A DNA stretch of 64,000 bases from Acidimicrobiia bacterium (GTDB lineage Bacteria; Actinomycetota; Acidimicrobiia; Spongiisociales; ZC4RG35). Shown here one piece after another: positions 10,085 to 20,226 of this stretch. The notes below the pieces were generated by a model. The model saw only the letters and a program-made list of their open reading frames with translations. It was not told the DNA's origin and did not search any database. The DNA lies in assembly GCA_965203555.1 (NCBI GenBank), contig CBDBCY010000004.1:256001-320000 (forward strand), given 5' to 3'. Positions within the stretch are counted from its first letter, which is position 1; the number at the start of each line of letters is the position of its first letter. Both the position numbers and the translations under genes were made by a program.

Positions 10085-10490
10085 CTACGCAGTCAGGATG
10101 TCCGCCAACCGGTCGGCGCCGATGCTCCCGCCGCTCAGAACGCAGGCGACCGGATCATCCAGCTCTTCGGCGAGAGCGGCCGCCAGGGAAATGGCGCCGG
10201 ACCCCTCGACCACCAGCTTGTTCCCCAATGCCAGATGAGCGATGGCGGTGCGGAAATCGGCTTCCGAGACCAGGACGACCCTGTCGACCACCGAACCCCT
10301 CGCAGCTTGAACGATCCGACCGGCTGGAGGCACTCCGCCTTGAGCCAGACGGGTGGGTCGGGATCTGAAGACCCGTACATCAAAGCGGCGTGCGTATCGC
10401 CACTCCGCTTATCCGTTCGGCTGCCTGCACCTTTCGGACCGAGGGTGGGGGAATGGGAGGGTCCCCGGATCCGGTTCTCATCTGGTTCAT
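10085..10490 (-). pseudogene. internally deleted, frameshifted second copy of the Ser/Thr dehydratase
   Basis: Shares MRTGSGDPPIPPPSV and KAECLQPVGSFKLRG with 1..528, joined directly to a C-terminus (..LVVEGSGAISLAA..VLSGGSI). Confidence 0.85.
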
Positions 10491-10511
10491 GCGGTGAGCT
10501 CCTCCCCACCC

Positions 10512-10540
10512 ACCACCCGAATAAATCAGTAGCCTCCTAG
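10512..10540 (-). mobile_element. solo left end of the IS1182-like element with its CTAG target
   Basis: ACCACCCGAATAAATCAGTAGCCTCCTAG is the reverse complement of 47282-47310 with one mismatch. Confidence 0.8.
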
Positions 10541-10950
10541 AAGTCTTCCACAATCACCAAAGATGCCACACCGCTCTCGGTATTGCGCACCACCGAATAC
10601 GAAAACGCCTGTTAGAACGATGGAGCGTCACACCACTGATCCAAGAGGGCTGACTCCACGAAAACGGGGGACCATCACTTCCGGGATACACGGGGCGGTT
10701 CAATGGCTCACCCGGGGAAATCCTCGTAATCGGGGCCGAGCTTGAGGTGGGTCAGACCAAGTTCCTCATAGCAATGGGTGCTACCATACAGGTATCCCAC
10801 AAGGGTCTTTGCGAAGGGAGCCCTGATCCTCGGCACTCCGGACACCGTGTCGATGGGTTCTGATGGCTCTCGTGTCTAGGTCCAACTCGCCCGGCGAAGA
10901 TGCGACCATTTCACGAGAGTCCTACGCCTCTACATCGAGGAGAGACGCCG

Positions 10951-11781
10951 GTGCCATACAGTTTTGAACCAGGCCAGATGTACAGGATGCCGACCCACTT
11001 CGGCCCGAGCTTAGGTCCCCGCCAAGGGGTGGATGGAAACCGGTACACCAACACAGGCAGTCCCAAAAAGACGATGTATTCGGTCAGTTTTCTTACAGCG
11101 GCTGAAGCGTTGGACAGGTTACTTCCGCCCGGATTCGAACTCGCTGGGGAGCCGGTCGTCACCGTAACGGCGAGCTATATCACTGACATCGAATGGCTGG
11201 CGGGGCGCGGATACAACACGCTTGGGGTCACTTGTCCAGTGGTCTTTCGCGGTGAACGGACTATTACTTCGGGCTCTTTTCTCATGGTTCTGTGGGAGAA
11301 CCTAACTGACCCGATTATCACCGGCCGCGAGGAACTGGGATACCCGAAGATATACGGGGAACTTCCTGAACCGCGTCATTTGAACGGTACGGTAAGTTGT
11401 AGCGCGGGTTGGCTTGGACACCAGTTCATGTCGATGACGGTTCGTGAGCAAACCAAGTTGGACGACGACGAGATGGCCGACCTAGCCATGAACCAACCGG
11501 GTGTTCTTCTCTATAAATACATGCCTCGGACCCACGACTGGGGGGAACATGATGTCGAGTACGTCACGTTTACGCCTCCTCCCGACCTGAGTCCCTATCT
11601 CAAAGGAGCCTGGATCGGGGAAGGGTCTGTATCTTTTCACGAGTCGACGTGGGAGGACCTGCCGACGTTATTCAATATCGTCAACGCGCTGGCGTCCTTG
11701 CCGATTCTTGAGACGCGACCCTCGAGAACGCTGATGACGGTTGGAGGCATCGATTACAGTTCTCAACAGATCTTGGAATAG
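10951..11781 (+). CDS. acetoacetate decarboxylase-like (ADC superfamily) protein
   Basis: RMPTHFGP, WLAGRGYN and DPIITGREELGYPK (Schiff-base Lys) motifs; GAGG SD before the GTG start. Confidence 0.88.
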   Translation: MPYSFEPGQMYRMPTHFGPSLGPRQGVDGNRYTNTGSPKKTMYSVSFLTAAEALDRLLPPGFELAGEPVVTVTASYITDIEWLAGRGYNTLGVTCPVVFRGERTITSGSFLMVLWENLTDPIITGREELGYPKIYGELPEPRHLNGTVSCSAGWLGHQFMSMTVREQTKLDDDEMADLAMNQPGVLLYKYMPRTHDWGEHDVEYVTFTPPPDLSPYLKGAWIGEGSVSFHESTWEDLPTLFNIVNALASLPILETRPSRTLMTVGGIDYSSQQILE

Positions 11782-11880
11782 CTGCTACCAGTTGCGGAAC
11801 TGACATGCCCTTAAACCCCGAGGCTCTCAGGGCTTGACGGTTCACTCCCCACTGGAATGCACTCATACCTGTCAGGGCCA

Positions 11881-12780
11881 CTAGAGCGCTCTGAGCTTGG
11901 GATCAAGGAGGTCTCGAATGCGGTCTCCGATAAGGTTGAAGGAAAGCACCACCAGGCCTATCGCAGCTCCGGGGAATACGGAAATCCACCAGGCCGACCG
12001 GATCAGGTCACGCCCTTCGGCCACCATGCCGCCCCACGTTGGCGTCGGTGGAGGAACACCGGCGCCGAGGAAACTCAAGGTGGCTTCAACCGTGATGGCC
12101 CAACCGATCTGCAGGGTGGAAAGGACGATCACGCTGTTGAGCACGTTCGGCAGCAGGTGTGAAGCCATTATCCGCAGGGGTGATCCTCCCGCTACTCGAG
12201 CGAGCGCAATGAAGTCGCGCTCCTTCAAGCTGAGAACTTCCCCTCGTACCAGACGGGCATAGCGCGCCCAAAGGATAAGCGCCATTACTGATACGACAAC
12301 CGTAACACTTGGGCCGACTGTGACAGCGAAAACGAGGGCGATCAAGATTGCGGGAAAGGCAAGCCAACCATCGACCAGCCGCATGATCACCGTATCGACC
12401 CAACCTCCGAAGTAGCCGGCGAAAGAACCGAGGGTCGTCCCGATAGACCCCGCGAGTAGGACAGTGCCTGCGGCAACGGCCATAGACACTTGAGCACCCT
12501 TAATGATCCGACTGAGAATATCGCGGCCCAGGGTGTCGGTCCCCAGGGGAAACTCCCAGCTACCTCCTTCGGAGAAGACCCATCCCTGGCGGGCGTGGGC
12601 CAAGTGCAATTCGTCGGGTCCGTGGGGAGCGATGAAGTCCGCCGATAAGGCGGCCGTTACGGCCAACAGGACAATCAGAAGAGGAAACAGGGGAAAGCTG
12701 CGCCAGACTGTGGCCAATCCGGTCCGTACTTTGCCGAAGAACTCAGACACTGCGACGAATCCGCGGATCAATGACCGCAT
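11881..12780 (-). CDS. peptide/nickel ABC permease (DppC-like)
   Basis: LGTDTLGRD, EATLSFLG and PPPTPTWG motifs. Confidence 0.93.
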   Translation of the reverse strand: MRSLIRGFVAVSEFFGKVRTGLATVWRSFPLFPLLIVLLAVTAALSADFIAPHGPDELHLAHARQGWVFSEGGSWEFPLGTDTLGRDILSRIIKGAQVSMAVAAGTVLLAGSIGTTLGSFAGYFGGWVDTVIMRLVDGWLAFPAILIALVFAVTVGPSVTVVVSVMALILWARYARLVRGEVLSLKERDFIALARVAGGSPLRIMASHLLPNVLNSVIVLSTLQIGWAITVEATLSFLGAGVPPPTPTWGGMVAEGRDLIRSAWWISVFPGAAIGLVVLSFNLIGDRIRDLLDPKLRAL

Positions 12781-13663
12781 ATGACAGGTCTACGAGAAGA
12801 TTGGCAAAGACAATGAGCGCCGCCCACAAAATGACTACTGCCTGCAGCACCGGGAAGTCCCTCCACACCACTGCTTCAAAGGCGAGCCGACCCAGACCCG
12901 GCCACGCAAAGACGACTTCTGTCGTGACCGCAGCAGCTACGAGAACACCGTACATGAGCACCACAAACGTCACGACCGGAATCAAGGCATTTCGGAAGGC
13001 GTGTCCCCATACAACCCTCATCTCGCTCGCACCCTTGATACGGGCAAGCTTGGCGTACTCGCTGTCCAACACTTCAAGCATGGCCGACCGCATCAGTCGC
13101 GTGATCCCGGCTCCGGTAAACAGGCCCATCGTTGCTGCGGGAAGCAACAGATGCTGCCAGGTGCCCGAACCCTGCGCCGGCAACACCTGCCATCTGACTG
13201 AGAACAGAATGATCGCTAGGACACCGGTGAAAAAGGGCGGAAGTGATTGACCCAGAACGGCCAGGCCCATTGCGGCACGATCTATGACCGTACCGCGCTT
13301 CACTGCTGCAAGGACACCGAGAGGAAGGCTGAATGCGACCATGAAGAGAAGTGAGGTGCTGACCAGCAGGACCGAGTTGACAAGGCGGTCCACAACCAGT
13401 TCAAGAACAGGCAGCTTGGTCCGTATCGACTTGCCAAAATCGCCCTGGACCACATTGCCCAAGAAGGTGAGATACTGAGTTACGAGTGGCTCATCCAACC
13501 CCAACTCATCGATCAGTTGCATCCGCTGTTCGGGCGTCGCTTCCACTGGTAGCAGTACGTCCACCGGATTACCGGTCGATTGGCTCAACGCGAACACCAC
13601 CACGCTGACACCGAGGAGGGTGACCAACGCTTGTAGCGCACGACTTACTATGACTCTTGTCAT
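12743..13663 (-). CDS. peptide/nickel ABC permease (DppB-like)
   Basis: GDFGKS, ARIKG..HAFRNALIP and EVVFAWPGLG motifs. Confidence 0.93.
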   Translation of the reverse strand: MTRVIVSRALQALVTLLGVSVVVFALSQSTGNPVDVLLPVEATPEQRMQLIDELGLDEPLVTQYLTFLGNVVQGDFGKSIRTKLPVLELVVDRLVNSVLLVSTSLLFMVAFSLPLGVLAAVKRGTVIDRAAMGLAVLGQSLPPFFTGVLAIILFSVRWQVLPAQGSGTWQHLLLPAATMGLFTGAGITRLMRSAMLEVLDSEYAKLARIKGASEMRVVWGHAFRNALIPVVTFVVLMYGVLVAAAVTTEVVFAWPGLGRLAFEAVVWRDFPVLQAVVILWAALIVFANLLVDLSYAVIDPRIRRSV

Positions 13664-13701
13664 TACCGGAGTCTGTCAGGACTCGACAGCGGGAACCGGA
13701 G

Positions 13702-15093
13702 TCATGCTTTCACACCTCGAGCCAGATATCTGCCGCCCGGGTTGTCCAACACCTCACCTTCCGATACTGCCAAGTACCCACGCCTCACCACGTACTTTGG
13801 GAATCCTCTGGATGTGAGCCCTGTGTAAAGCGAGTAGTCCGCGCGACCGTGCAGAGTGTGTGGCCCTATCTCACGGGGTTCTCCCTCAATCGGGACGATC
13901 GCAAAATCAGCGTCGGCTCCAACCCGTATGGCGCCTTTTCGAGGGTAGAGACCATAGGCCTTCGCGGCGTTGGTTGCGGTCAGCTCTGCCAACCTACATA
14001 TGTCGAATCGACCCGTCTCAAAACCGAGGGCGTACGCCAGCGGTAGTAGGGCCTCCGACGACGTGATTCCCCCATATGAGGCGTCGAATATGGCTGGTTT
14101 AGCTTGCTTCATAGCCTTCGTGCGAGCTGAATGATCGCTTGAGAGCAAGTCAACTTGCCCGGCGTCGACGGCGTTCCAGACTGCCGCCACATCCTCACTT
14201 CTGCGAAGCGGGGGGCCTATCTTTGCGAGGGAACCGTGCTCCAGGAGGGCGTCCTCGGTCAATAGGAGGTAGTGCGGCTGCGTCTCGCTCCATACCCGCA
14301 CCGAAGTCGCACCGCCCTTCAGCCATGAGAGCACTCGAACAGTCTCGGCTGCGGACAGGTGAACAAACAGCACATCGCAGCCGGTGAGTTCGGCCAGCGC
14401 GGCTGCACGGAACATGCCTTCGGCTTCGAGTATTCCCGGCGAGCATCGCAGATAGCCCGCCAGGTCATTGGGGTCGCGGCTGTATTCCTTGTCGTGGTAG
14501 TACTTGGTTGCTCTCCCGTTCTCGGGGTGTATCAGGAGCAGACAGTTGTGGGAGGCTACTGCCACCATCAATTCGACCAGTTCGTCATCTTCCAACATGG
14601 TGCCACGAACGTAGTACCCGAGAAAGGCCTTGTACGTGGTCACGCCCAACCCGACGCCTTCGTCAACCACCTCGGTCAGCGGATCTCCCGGAAGGCATAG
14701 AGCGTTGATAGCGAAGTCGACCGCAGAATGCTCGCTCCCGAACTGGATTTGGTATTTAATGGTGTCGATCAATCCCATTTCGGATGCACGGCTGACATAG
14801 GCTCCGACCGTCGTGACGCCGCCCATGAGAGCCGCAGCGGTCGCCTCCTTCAGGTCCTCGGCGAGGGGATCCATCGTGTGGGAACCACCCACCGATGTGT
14901 GAACATGCGGGTCAACCACGCCGGGCAGCACCCATGCTCCGCGAGCATCCACCACCGGACCGCCGGAAAAGCCGGTTCCGATCGACTCGATGGACCCATC
15001 GACGACGAGGATGTCTGCGTCGACAACGCCAACTTCTGTCACAACGCGGCCACCTTTGATGATCATGGCGGCGTCATCCGAATCCCCGGACAC
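13702..15093 (-). CDS. cyclic amidohydrolase (dihydropyrimidinase/hydantoinase/allantoinase-like)
   Basis: DPHVH, GGVTT, YK, HPENG, VHLS, PPLR, SSDH and KGAIRVGADAD motifs. Confidence 0.88.
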   Translation of the reverse strand: MSGDSDDAAMIIKGGRVVTEVGVVDADILVVDGSIESIGTGFSGGPVVDARGAWVLPGVVDPHVHTSVGGSHTMDPLAEDLKEATAAALMGGVTTVGAYVSRASEMGLIDTIKYQIQFGSEHSAVDFAINALCLPGDPLTEVVDEGVGLGVTTYKAFLGYYVRGTMLEDDELVELMVAVASHNCLLLIHPENGRATKYYHDKEYSRDPNDLAGYLRCSPGILEAEGMFRAAALAELTGCDVLFVHLSAAETVRVLSWLKGGATSVRVWSETQPHYLLLTEDALLEHGSLAKIGPPLRRSEDVAAVWNAVDAGQVDLLSSDHSARTKAMKQAKPAIFDASYGGITSSEALLPLAYALGFETGRFDICRLAELTATNAAKAYGLYPRKGAIRVGADADFAIVPIEGEPREIGPHTLHGRADYSLYTGLTSRGFPKYVVRRGYLAVSEGEVLDNPGGRYLARGVKA

Positions 15094-15111
15094 ATCGGGC
15101 GTTGGGGGTGG

Positions 15112-16689
15112 TCATGCGTTCCGCAAGGCTCGGCCCGGGAGAGCGCCGGTGTGCTCCCCATCGTCTATCACGAGGACACCATTGACCATGACGTGCGAAA
15201 TTCCCAGAGGGAACTGGCGCGGACTCTCCACGGTTGCCGGCGAGTGAATCTCGAGGGGATCGAATACGACCAGATCGGCTGCGAAGCCGTTGCGCAGAAT
15301 CCCTCGATCTTGGAGCCCAAGTCGCTGTGCTGGCAGGGAAGTGATTTTGCGAATCGCATCCGCCATCGACAACAGCCCTTCCTCACGCACGAGATCACCG
15401 AGTACCTTGGGAAACGTGCCGTAGGAACGCGGGCTGGGGTAGTCGCCCAGGAGAAGGGCATCGCTTCCGACCATGCATCTGGAGTGGGCCAGGACTTTCC
15501 TGTTGTTCGTGGCGTTGTTGGCATACAGACCCACCTCTGAGATGCCGAGATTCTCGTCGAGTAAGAGATCGCATAGGGCATCAAGCGGATCTTTGGCCAG
15601 TTCGTCCGCGATCTGGCCGATGGTCATCCCGTCGAGCTTCTTGTTCTGAGGCTTACGAAACCCGCCCAGGGTGATTCCGTCGCCCGCTCGCCAGCGAGCT
15701 GCCCGCGGATCGGTTTCCTGACGCATGCGACTGCGAGCCTTCGGATCGCGGAGCCTGGCGAGAAGGGCTTGCGGCCCACCCTCATGCGTCCATTCGGGGA
15801 TCATCACCAGGGCACGGCTGCCGGTGTGTACGTACGGGTAGGCATCGAATGTCACATCAACGCCGTCGGCAGTTGCATCCTCCACCAGCCTGAGCAGGGG
15901 ACGGAACTGGCCGTTGCGCTTCCAAGTGCTGGCGAAGTGCGAGACATGGACCGGCACTCCCGTTCTTCTCCCGACATCGAGTGCCTCAAGGTTGGGATCG
16001 ATGAAGCCATCGCCGGATCCGTAACGAATGTGAGTGACGTACACACCTCCCATGTCGCGGACAACCTCGCAGAGTGTTGCGATCTCATCCGACGTCGCAT
16101 AGCTGCCTGGTGGGTAGGTGAGCCCGGTGGACATGCCGAATGCGCCGTCACGCATCCCAGAACGCAGCAATTCCAGCATCTTCTTTACCTCAGAGTCCGA
16201 GGGAGGCCGGTCATTCCAGCCAACGGACGAGATTCGAAGAGGAGCATTCCCTATGACATACGCAATGTTGACGGCAACTCGTCGATCGTACTGAGAGAGG
16301 TACTCATCGACTGTAAGCCATTGCGGGTTCTCGGGCAAGTGACCATCCAGGCCCCCATTGAGCAACCCCCAGTTACGAAGGTCCTCCGCAGAAAGGAAGG
16401 GAGCGTAGGAATTGCCGTCCACACCGATCAACTCGGTGGTGACACCCTGGCGCACCTTTGGTTCGTGCTCCGGATGCTCGAGGATGACCATCGTCGAGTG
16501 GGCGTGCATATCGACGAAACCCGGGCACACTATCTTGCCTGTAGCATCGATCACGCGCTTTGCCTTCAGACTTGAGGTGTCACCCGAGATGAGTTGCACC
16601 TTGGCCTTCTCAATGGCAACGGAGGCGCCGAACCAATCTGAACCCGTACCGTCGTAGACCCTACCGTTTCTGATGAGAGTTTCGACCAT
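15112..16689 (-). CDS. N-acyl-D-amino-acid deacylase family amidohydrolase
   Basis: PGFVDMHAHS, QGVTTE, STGLTYPPG, VGSD and PR.YGTFPKVLG motifs. Confidence 0.9.
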   Translation of the reverse strand: MVETLIRNGRVYDGTGSDWFGASVAIEKAKVQLISGDTSSLKAKRVIDATGKIVCPGFVDMHAHSTMVILEHPEHEPKVRQGVTTELIGVDGNSYAPFLSAEDLRNWGLLNGGLDGHLPENPQWLTVDEYLSQYDRRVAVNIAYVIGNAPLRISSVGWNDRPPSDSEVKKMLELLRSGMRDGAFGMSTGLTYPPGSYATSDEIATLCEVVRDMGGVYVTHIRYGSGDGFIDPNLEALDVGRRTGVPVHVSHFASTWKRNGQFRPLLRLVEDATADGVDVTFDAYPYVHTGSRALVMIPEWTHEGGPQALLARLRDPKARSRMRQETDPRAARWRAGDGITLGGFRKPQNKKLDGMTIGQIADELAKDPLDALCDLLLDENLGISEVGLYANNATNNRKVLAHSRCMVGSDALLLGDYPSPRSYGTFPKVLGDLVREEGLLSMADAIRKITSLPAQRLGLQDRGILRNGFAADLVVFDPLEIHSPATVESPRQFPLGISHVMVNGVLVIDDGEHTGALPGRALRNA

Positions 16690-17048
16690 CAGGTTCCCAC
16701 CCTCGACAGTGCTGATCCGAGGTGAATCACTACGTGTCCCAGGCCCTTGGCATACGTGGCGATTTCGCCAGAGTCCATGGGGGTCGACGGCCCTCTTCCC
16801 AGTCCGGTGCGGTTGAATACTTCCTCGTTCATCAGACCCAGGACCCGGGGATGATTTGGCGGTAGCGATCCATCTCTGGAATAGCTGGGCTCATCCGACC
16901 AGACCTCCTGTTCAGGATGGGAACCTGCCTCAATGTGGGTTGAGGATAGTGGTTCCATGAGCTCTCGTGTCGACTCTGAGGTATTCGTTGTGTCGGTGAA
17001 GCGACCAGGTTCATCGGGAGTGTTTGTTCGGATCAGGCCGGGGTTCAC
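16689..17048 (-). CDS. hypothetical protein
   Basis: Fills the operon gap and its stop overlaps the next ATG; no motif recognised. Confidence 0.35.
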   Translation of the reverse strand: MNPGLIRTNTPDEPGRFTDTTNTSESTRELMEPLSSTHIEAGSHPEQEVWSDEPSYSRDGSLPPNHPRVLGLMNEEVFNRTGLGRGPSTPMDSGEIATYAKGLGHVVIHLGSALSRVGT

Positions 17049-17093
17049 GTCCCGGTCTTCGCTGGTACTCCGCAGGGCGATGCGGTCGCTGGG

Positions 17094-18236
17094 TCAGGTC
17101 TGCTGACGGCGACTACTCAACTCCACTGCCAGCACCAGACCGGCTGCCACAAGCACAAAGCCCGCCGCTGTCACCCACGCGAAACGGTATGAGAATTGAT
17201 CGATCAAAAGACCGAAGAATGCCGGCCCGATACCGCCTCCGACGTAGAACCCGATCTGGGTCACCCCTGTCGCACGCGCGGGAGCTTTCAGATTCCGGTC
17301 AACCACCGCGTGAGCTAAAAGCCCTGACCAACCCAAGACCCCGCCGAACGAAGTCATGGCGCCGATGAGGACAAGTGTTGGTTGCTCCGTGCTGAGCAGC
17401 AAATACCCTAGGCTGCCAACAGTCAGAAGCCTCACAATGCCAACGTAGCCCTGGGTTGACCGGCGATCGGCTAGCCATCCCCACATGACTCGCATGGCGA
17501 CAGCCGAAGCACCGCCTGCGGAGAGTAGGAACCCGGCGGAAGCTGCGCCGATGCCTGTTGCGACTGCGAAGGAGACCAGGAAGGCGCTAAGCGCGGAACC
17601 GCTGGCCATCGCCAGAATGGTTGCCAATACCAGCACGATGAGTTCTTTCGGGGGACTGCCTCCGGCATCTTTTGCAGGAGGGTCTTTGAACCCGGTGAAT
17701 GACTTCGGCAGCCATACCCACAGGAGAGTCGCTCCGCCTGCGGCGATGGCGAAGGCCCAGCGCCATCCGATCGTCACGGCAACCGCCGGCACCGCCAATC
17801 CCGCCAACAAGGCGGCCAGCGGAATGGCCGCGTGCTTGATGCCCAGTACCGTGGCCCGGTTGCGCGCAGGCACGGTTCGCGTGATGAAAAGATTCGTGGA
17901 AGTCTGCGCCAGAGCGAACCCCAGCCCGGTGCCGATCAGGAAGCCTGCGTACAGGACGGGACTTCTCCCGCCCAGAGCGATACCGACCAGGGATAGGAGA
18001 GTGAGAGTCACAGCCCATCGCATTGACATCGCCGGGTGTCTCTCGGCAACTCGGCCCAGGGTCGGCGACGCCAGAGCAGAGCTGGCATGGAACGCGCTCA
18101 GCATTATGCCGAATCCGGCAGGACCGAGACCGAATTCGGCGCGAATCTGAACCCCCATGGCGCCGGTCAGGAACACCGGTACGGCAGCGAGCGCCACCAC
18201 GCTCGAGGCGACTGCGGTAACCCGGGCCCGCCTCAT
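17094..18236 (-). CDS. MFS transporter
   Basis: About 12 hydrophobic helices with GRVAER and GWLADRR loop motifs. Confidence 0.9.
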   Translation of the reverse strand: MRRARVTAVASSVVALAAVPVFLTGAMGVQIRAEFGLGPAGFGIMLSAFHASSALASPTLGRVAERHPAMSMRWAVTLTLLSLVGIALGGRSPVLYAGFLIGTGLGFALAQTSTNLFITRTVPARNRATVLGIKHAAIPLAALLAGLAVPAVAVTIGWRWAFAIAAGGATLLWVWLPKSFTGFKDPPAKDAGGSPPKELIVLVLATILAMASGSALSAFLVSFAVATGIGAASAGFLLSAGGASAVAMRVMWGWLADRRSTQGYVGIVRLLTVGSLGYLLLSTEQPTLVLIGAMTSFGGVLGWSGLLAHAVVDRNLKAPARATGVTQIGFYVGGGIGPAFFGLLIDQFSYRFAWVTAAGFVLVAAGLVLAVELSSRRQQT

Positions 18237-18357
18237 TCAAGCACGGCAGAGGGTACTGTGGGCGTACCCTTCGGGTCCGGTCACTCCGTAATGGCGATGC
18301 CGACTCACGACCGTACACCCTCTTCGTGTGAGGGTGACATGACACGCCCCAAGGATT

Positions 18358-19173
18358 TCACTCCATGTGGCTGGCGAAGTAGACCCGCTCGGCGGTAGCC
18401 CCCAAGACCGAGGCCATCTCGTCAGCGTTCAGCAAGCGCCCAAGGTACTCCCGCAGGTACCCGAACACGTTGGAATAACCTTCCCAATCCGAGCAGCGAG
18501 GGTGGTCGGAACCGACCATTACCCGATCCGGCCCGAAAGCATCCACAGCCATGTCGATGAAGGGTGGGATAGCGTCAAAGTCATATGGTGGACTGCGGTG
18601 AGGGACCGGTCTGGGAACGAACTCGCCGAGTCCAGGCAGTTTCAAATAGACGTTGTCGTAGCGATGTAGCGCCAGGATCCGCTTGAAGTCGGCGTAAGGA
18701 GGATCCGGGTCATTGGCGACGAACCCGAGATGTTCGACGACAAATGGCATCTGCGGAAAGCGTTCCACCAATTCGGTGAAATCGTCGGACACGAATCCCT
18801 TCATGGCGTCAGGGCCATGAAGAGCCCACAGGTCCACCAACATGCCCAACGTGTTCGCCTTCTTCCAAACAGCGAGCGGATCTTTGCCTGCCGACCTCTG
18901 CATCGGTTTGAGCCGGACCCCTATCACACCCACGCCGGCCCAGTATTCGAGCTTCTCCAGGCAGTCTGGTGCGGAAGTGTCGACCGCGCCCACGATCGCA
19001 AACCGCCCCGGGAATCGATCGGAACACTCGACGAGATAGCTGTTGTCATAGTTGGTGGACAGCTGGACCAATACAGCTTTGTCGACATCGGCCCGCGCCA
19101 TCTGGAACAGGAGTACCTCAACCGGTTCAAACCATGTGTCGAGCACATGGCAGTGGGTGTCTACGGTAAGCAT
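18358..19173 (-). CDS. amidohydrolase_2 family (lactonase-like)
   Basis: DTHCH, GVRL, EHLG and FGPDRVMVGSDHP motifs. Confidence 0.88.
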   Translation of the reverse strand: MLTVDTHCHVLDTWFEPVEVLLFQMARADVDKAVLVQLSTNYDNSYLVECSDRFPGRFAIVGAVDTSAPDCLEKLEYWAGVGVIGVRLKPMQRSAGKDPLAVWKKANTLGMLVDLWALHGPDAMKGFVSDDFTELVERFPQMPFVVEHLGFVANDPDPPYADFKRILALHRYDNVYLKLPGLGEFVPRPVPHRSPPYDFDAIPPFIDMAVDAFGPDRVMVGSDHPRCSDWEGYSNVFGYLREYLGRLLNADEMASVLGATAERVYFASHME

Positions 19174-19190
19174 CGGAGTGACTATTCAGG

Positions 19191-20213
19191 TCACCAGCCC
19201 TGCGCGAGGAAGTCGATCAGTGCCTTGTCGGCCGCGGCATAGAGACAATCCACCCCTGCACCTTCGTAGGCGCGCAACCGCTCTCTCACCTCATCTTCGT
19301 TCCCGTAACATCCGATGTTCTCGATGATCTCGTCGGGAATGAGCTTGGACGCCTCCACAATGGAGCTTGGGCTCGCCGGCCAACCGCCCACTACGTCTCG
19401 GATTCGATCAGCCAACTCCGGTTCGATTCCGGTGGGTCCCGCAACGTGTGCCTGCTGCGCGATGAACTGTGTGACGATTACCTTGTCCTTGGCGATGGCG
19501 GTCGGCTTGTCGTTTGTGAGGCGAATGGTGCATGGCTGCACGATATCTATGTCGTCGAGGCTGCGGCCTGCCGCCTCGGCTCCCACCCGTACCTGCTGAA
19601 CCTCGTTCCGCGTGGCCTCAACCGTGTGACTGCTGTTCAGGACCACACCGTCGGCAATGCGACCGGCCAGTCTGAGCATCTGCGGTCCGACGGCGGCCAG
19701 GTAGATCGGAACCTGGTGCGGACCGGTTGCGTTGTGGTCGAGGAACACATCGTTGAACCGTACATATTCGCCCTCATAGGTGACCGGTTCCCTGCGTTCA
19801 AGCAGAAGTCGAATAGCTTCGAGATATTCACGAGCCGCTCGGATGAGTTTGGTCCCGCGGTCAATGCCGACCTTGGTGGCGATCGGGTCCCACCATACGC
19901 CCAGACCGAGAATCATCCTCCCCGGCGCAAGGAAGTCCAAGGTGGCAAGAGTCTGTGCGATTAGGGCCGGATTGCGAGTAAAGACGGGGAGCACCCCGCA
20001 TCCGACCCTGATCCTCTCCGTGCTCGCCGCATATACGGCCATCGGAGTTATCGCATCAGTGGTGAGACGCCCCTCAGCAATCCAAATACAATCCACGCCG
20101 GCGTCATCAGCGTATTGAGCCAGATCGATATTGTTGCGAATTCCGGCGCCCGGTAGCTTGATTCCGAATCTCTTGGGTACGTCCTTCATCAAGTTACGCT
20201 TTTTCAAGCTCAA
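19191..20213 (-). CDS. LLM-class flavin/F420-dependent oxidoreductase
   Basis: TRNPALIAQTLATLD..GRMILGLG and PIYLAAVGPQMLRLAGRIADGV motifs; the start may be 20189. Confidence 0.9.
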   Translation of the reverse strand: MSLKKRNLMKDVPKRFGIKLPGAGIRNNIDLAQYADDAGVDCIWIAEGRLTTDAITPMAVYAASTERIRVGCGVLPVFTRNPALIAQTLATLDFLAPGRMILGLGVWWDPIATKVGIDRGTKLIRAAREYLEAIRLLLERREPVTYEGEYVRFNDVFLDHNATGPHQVPIYLAAVGPQMLRLAGRIADGVVLNSSHTVEATRNEVQQVRVGAEAAGRSLDDIDIVQPCTIRLTNDKPTAIAKDKVIVTQFIAQQAHVAGPTGIEPELADRIRDVVGGWPASPSSIVEASKLIPDEIIENIGCYGNEDEVRERLRAYEGAGVDCLYAAADKALIDFLAQGW

Positions 20214-20226
20214 CAGTGACTGGTTG

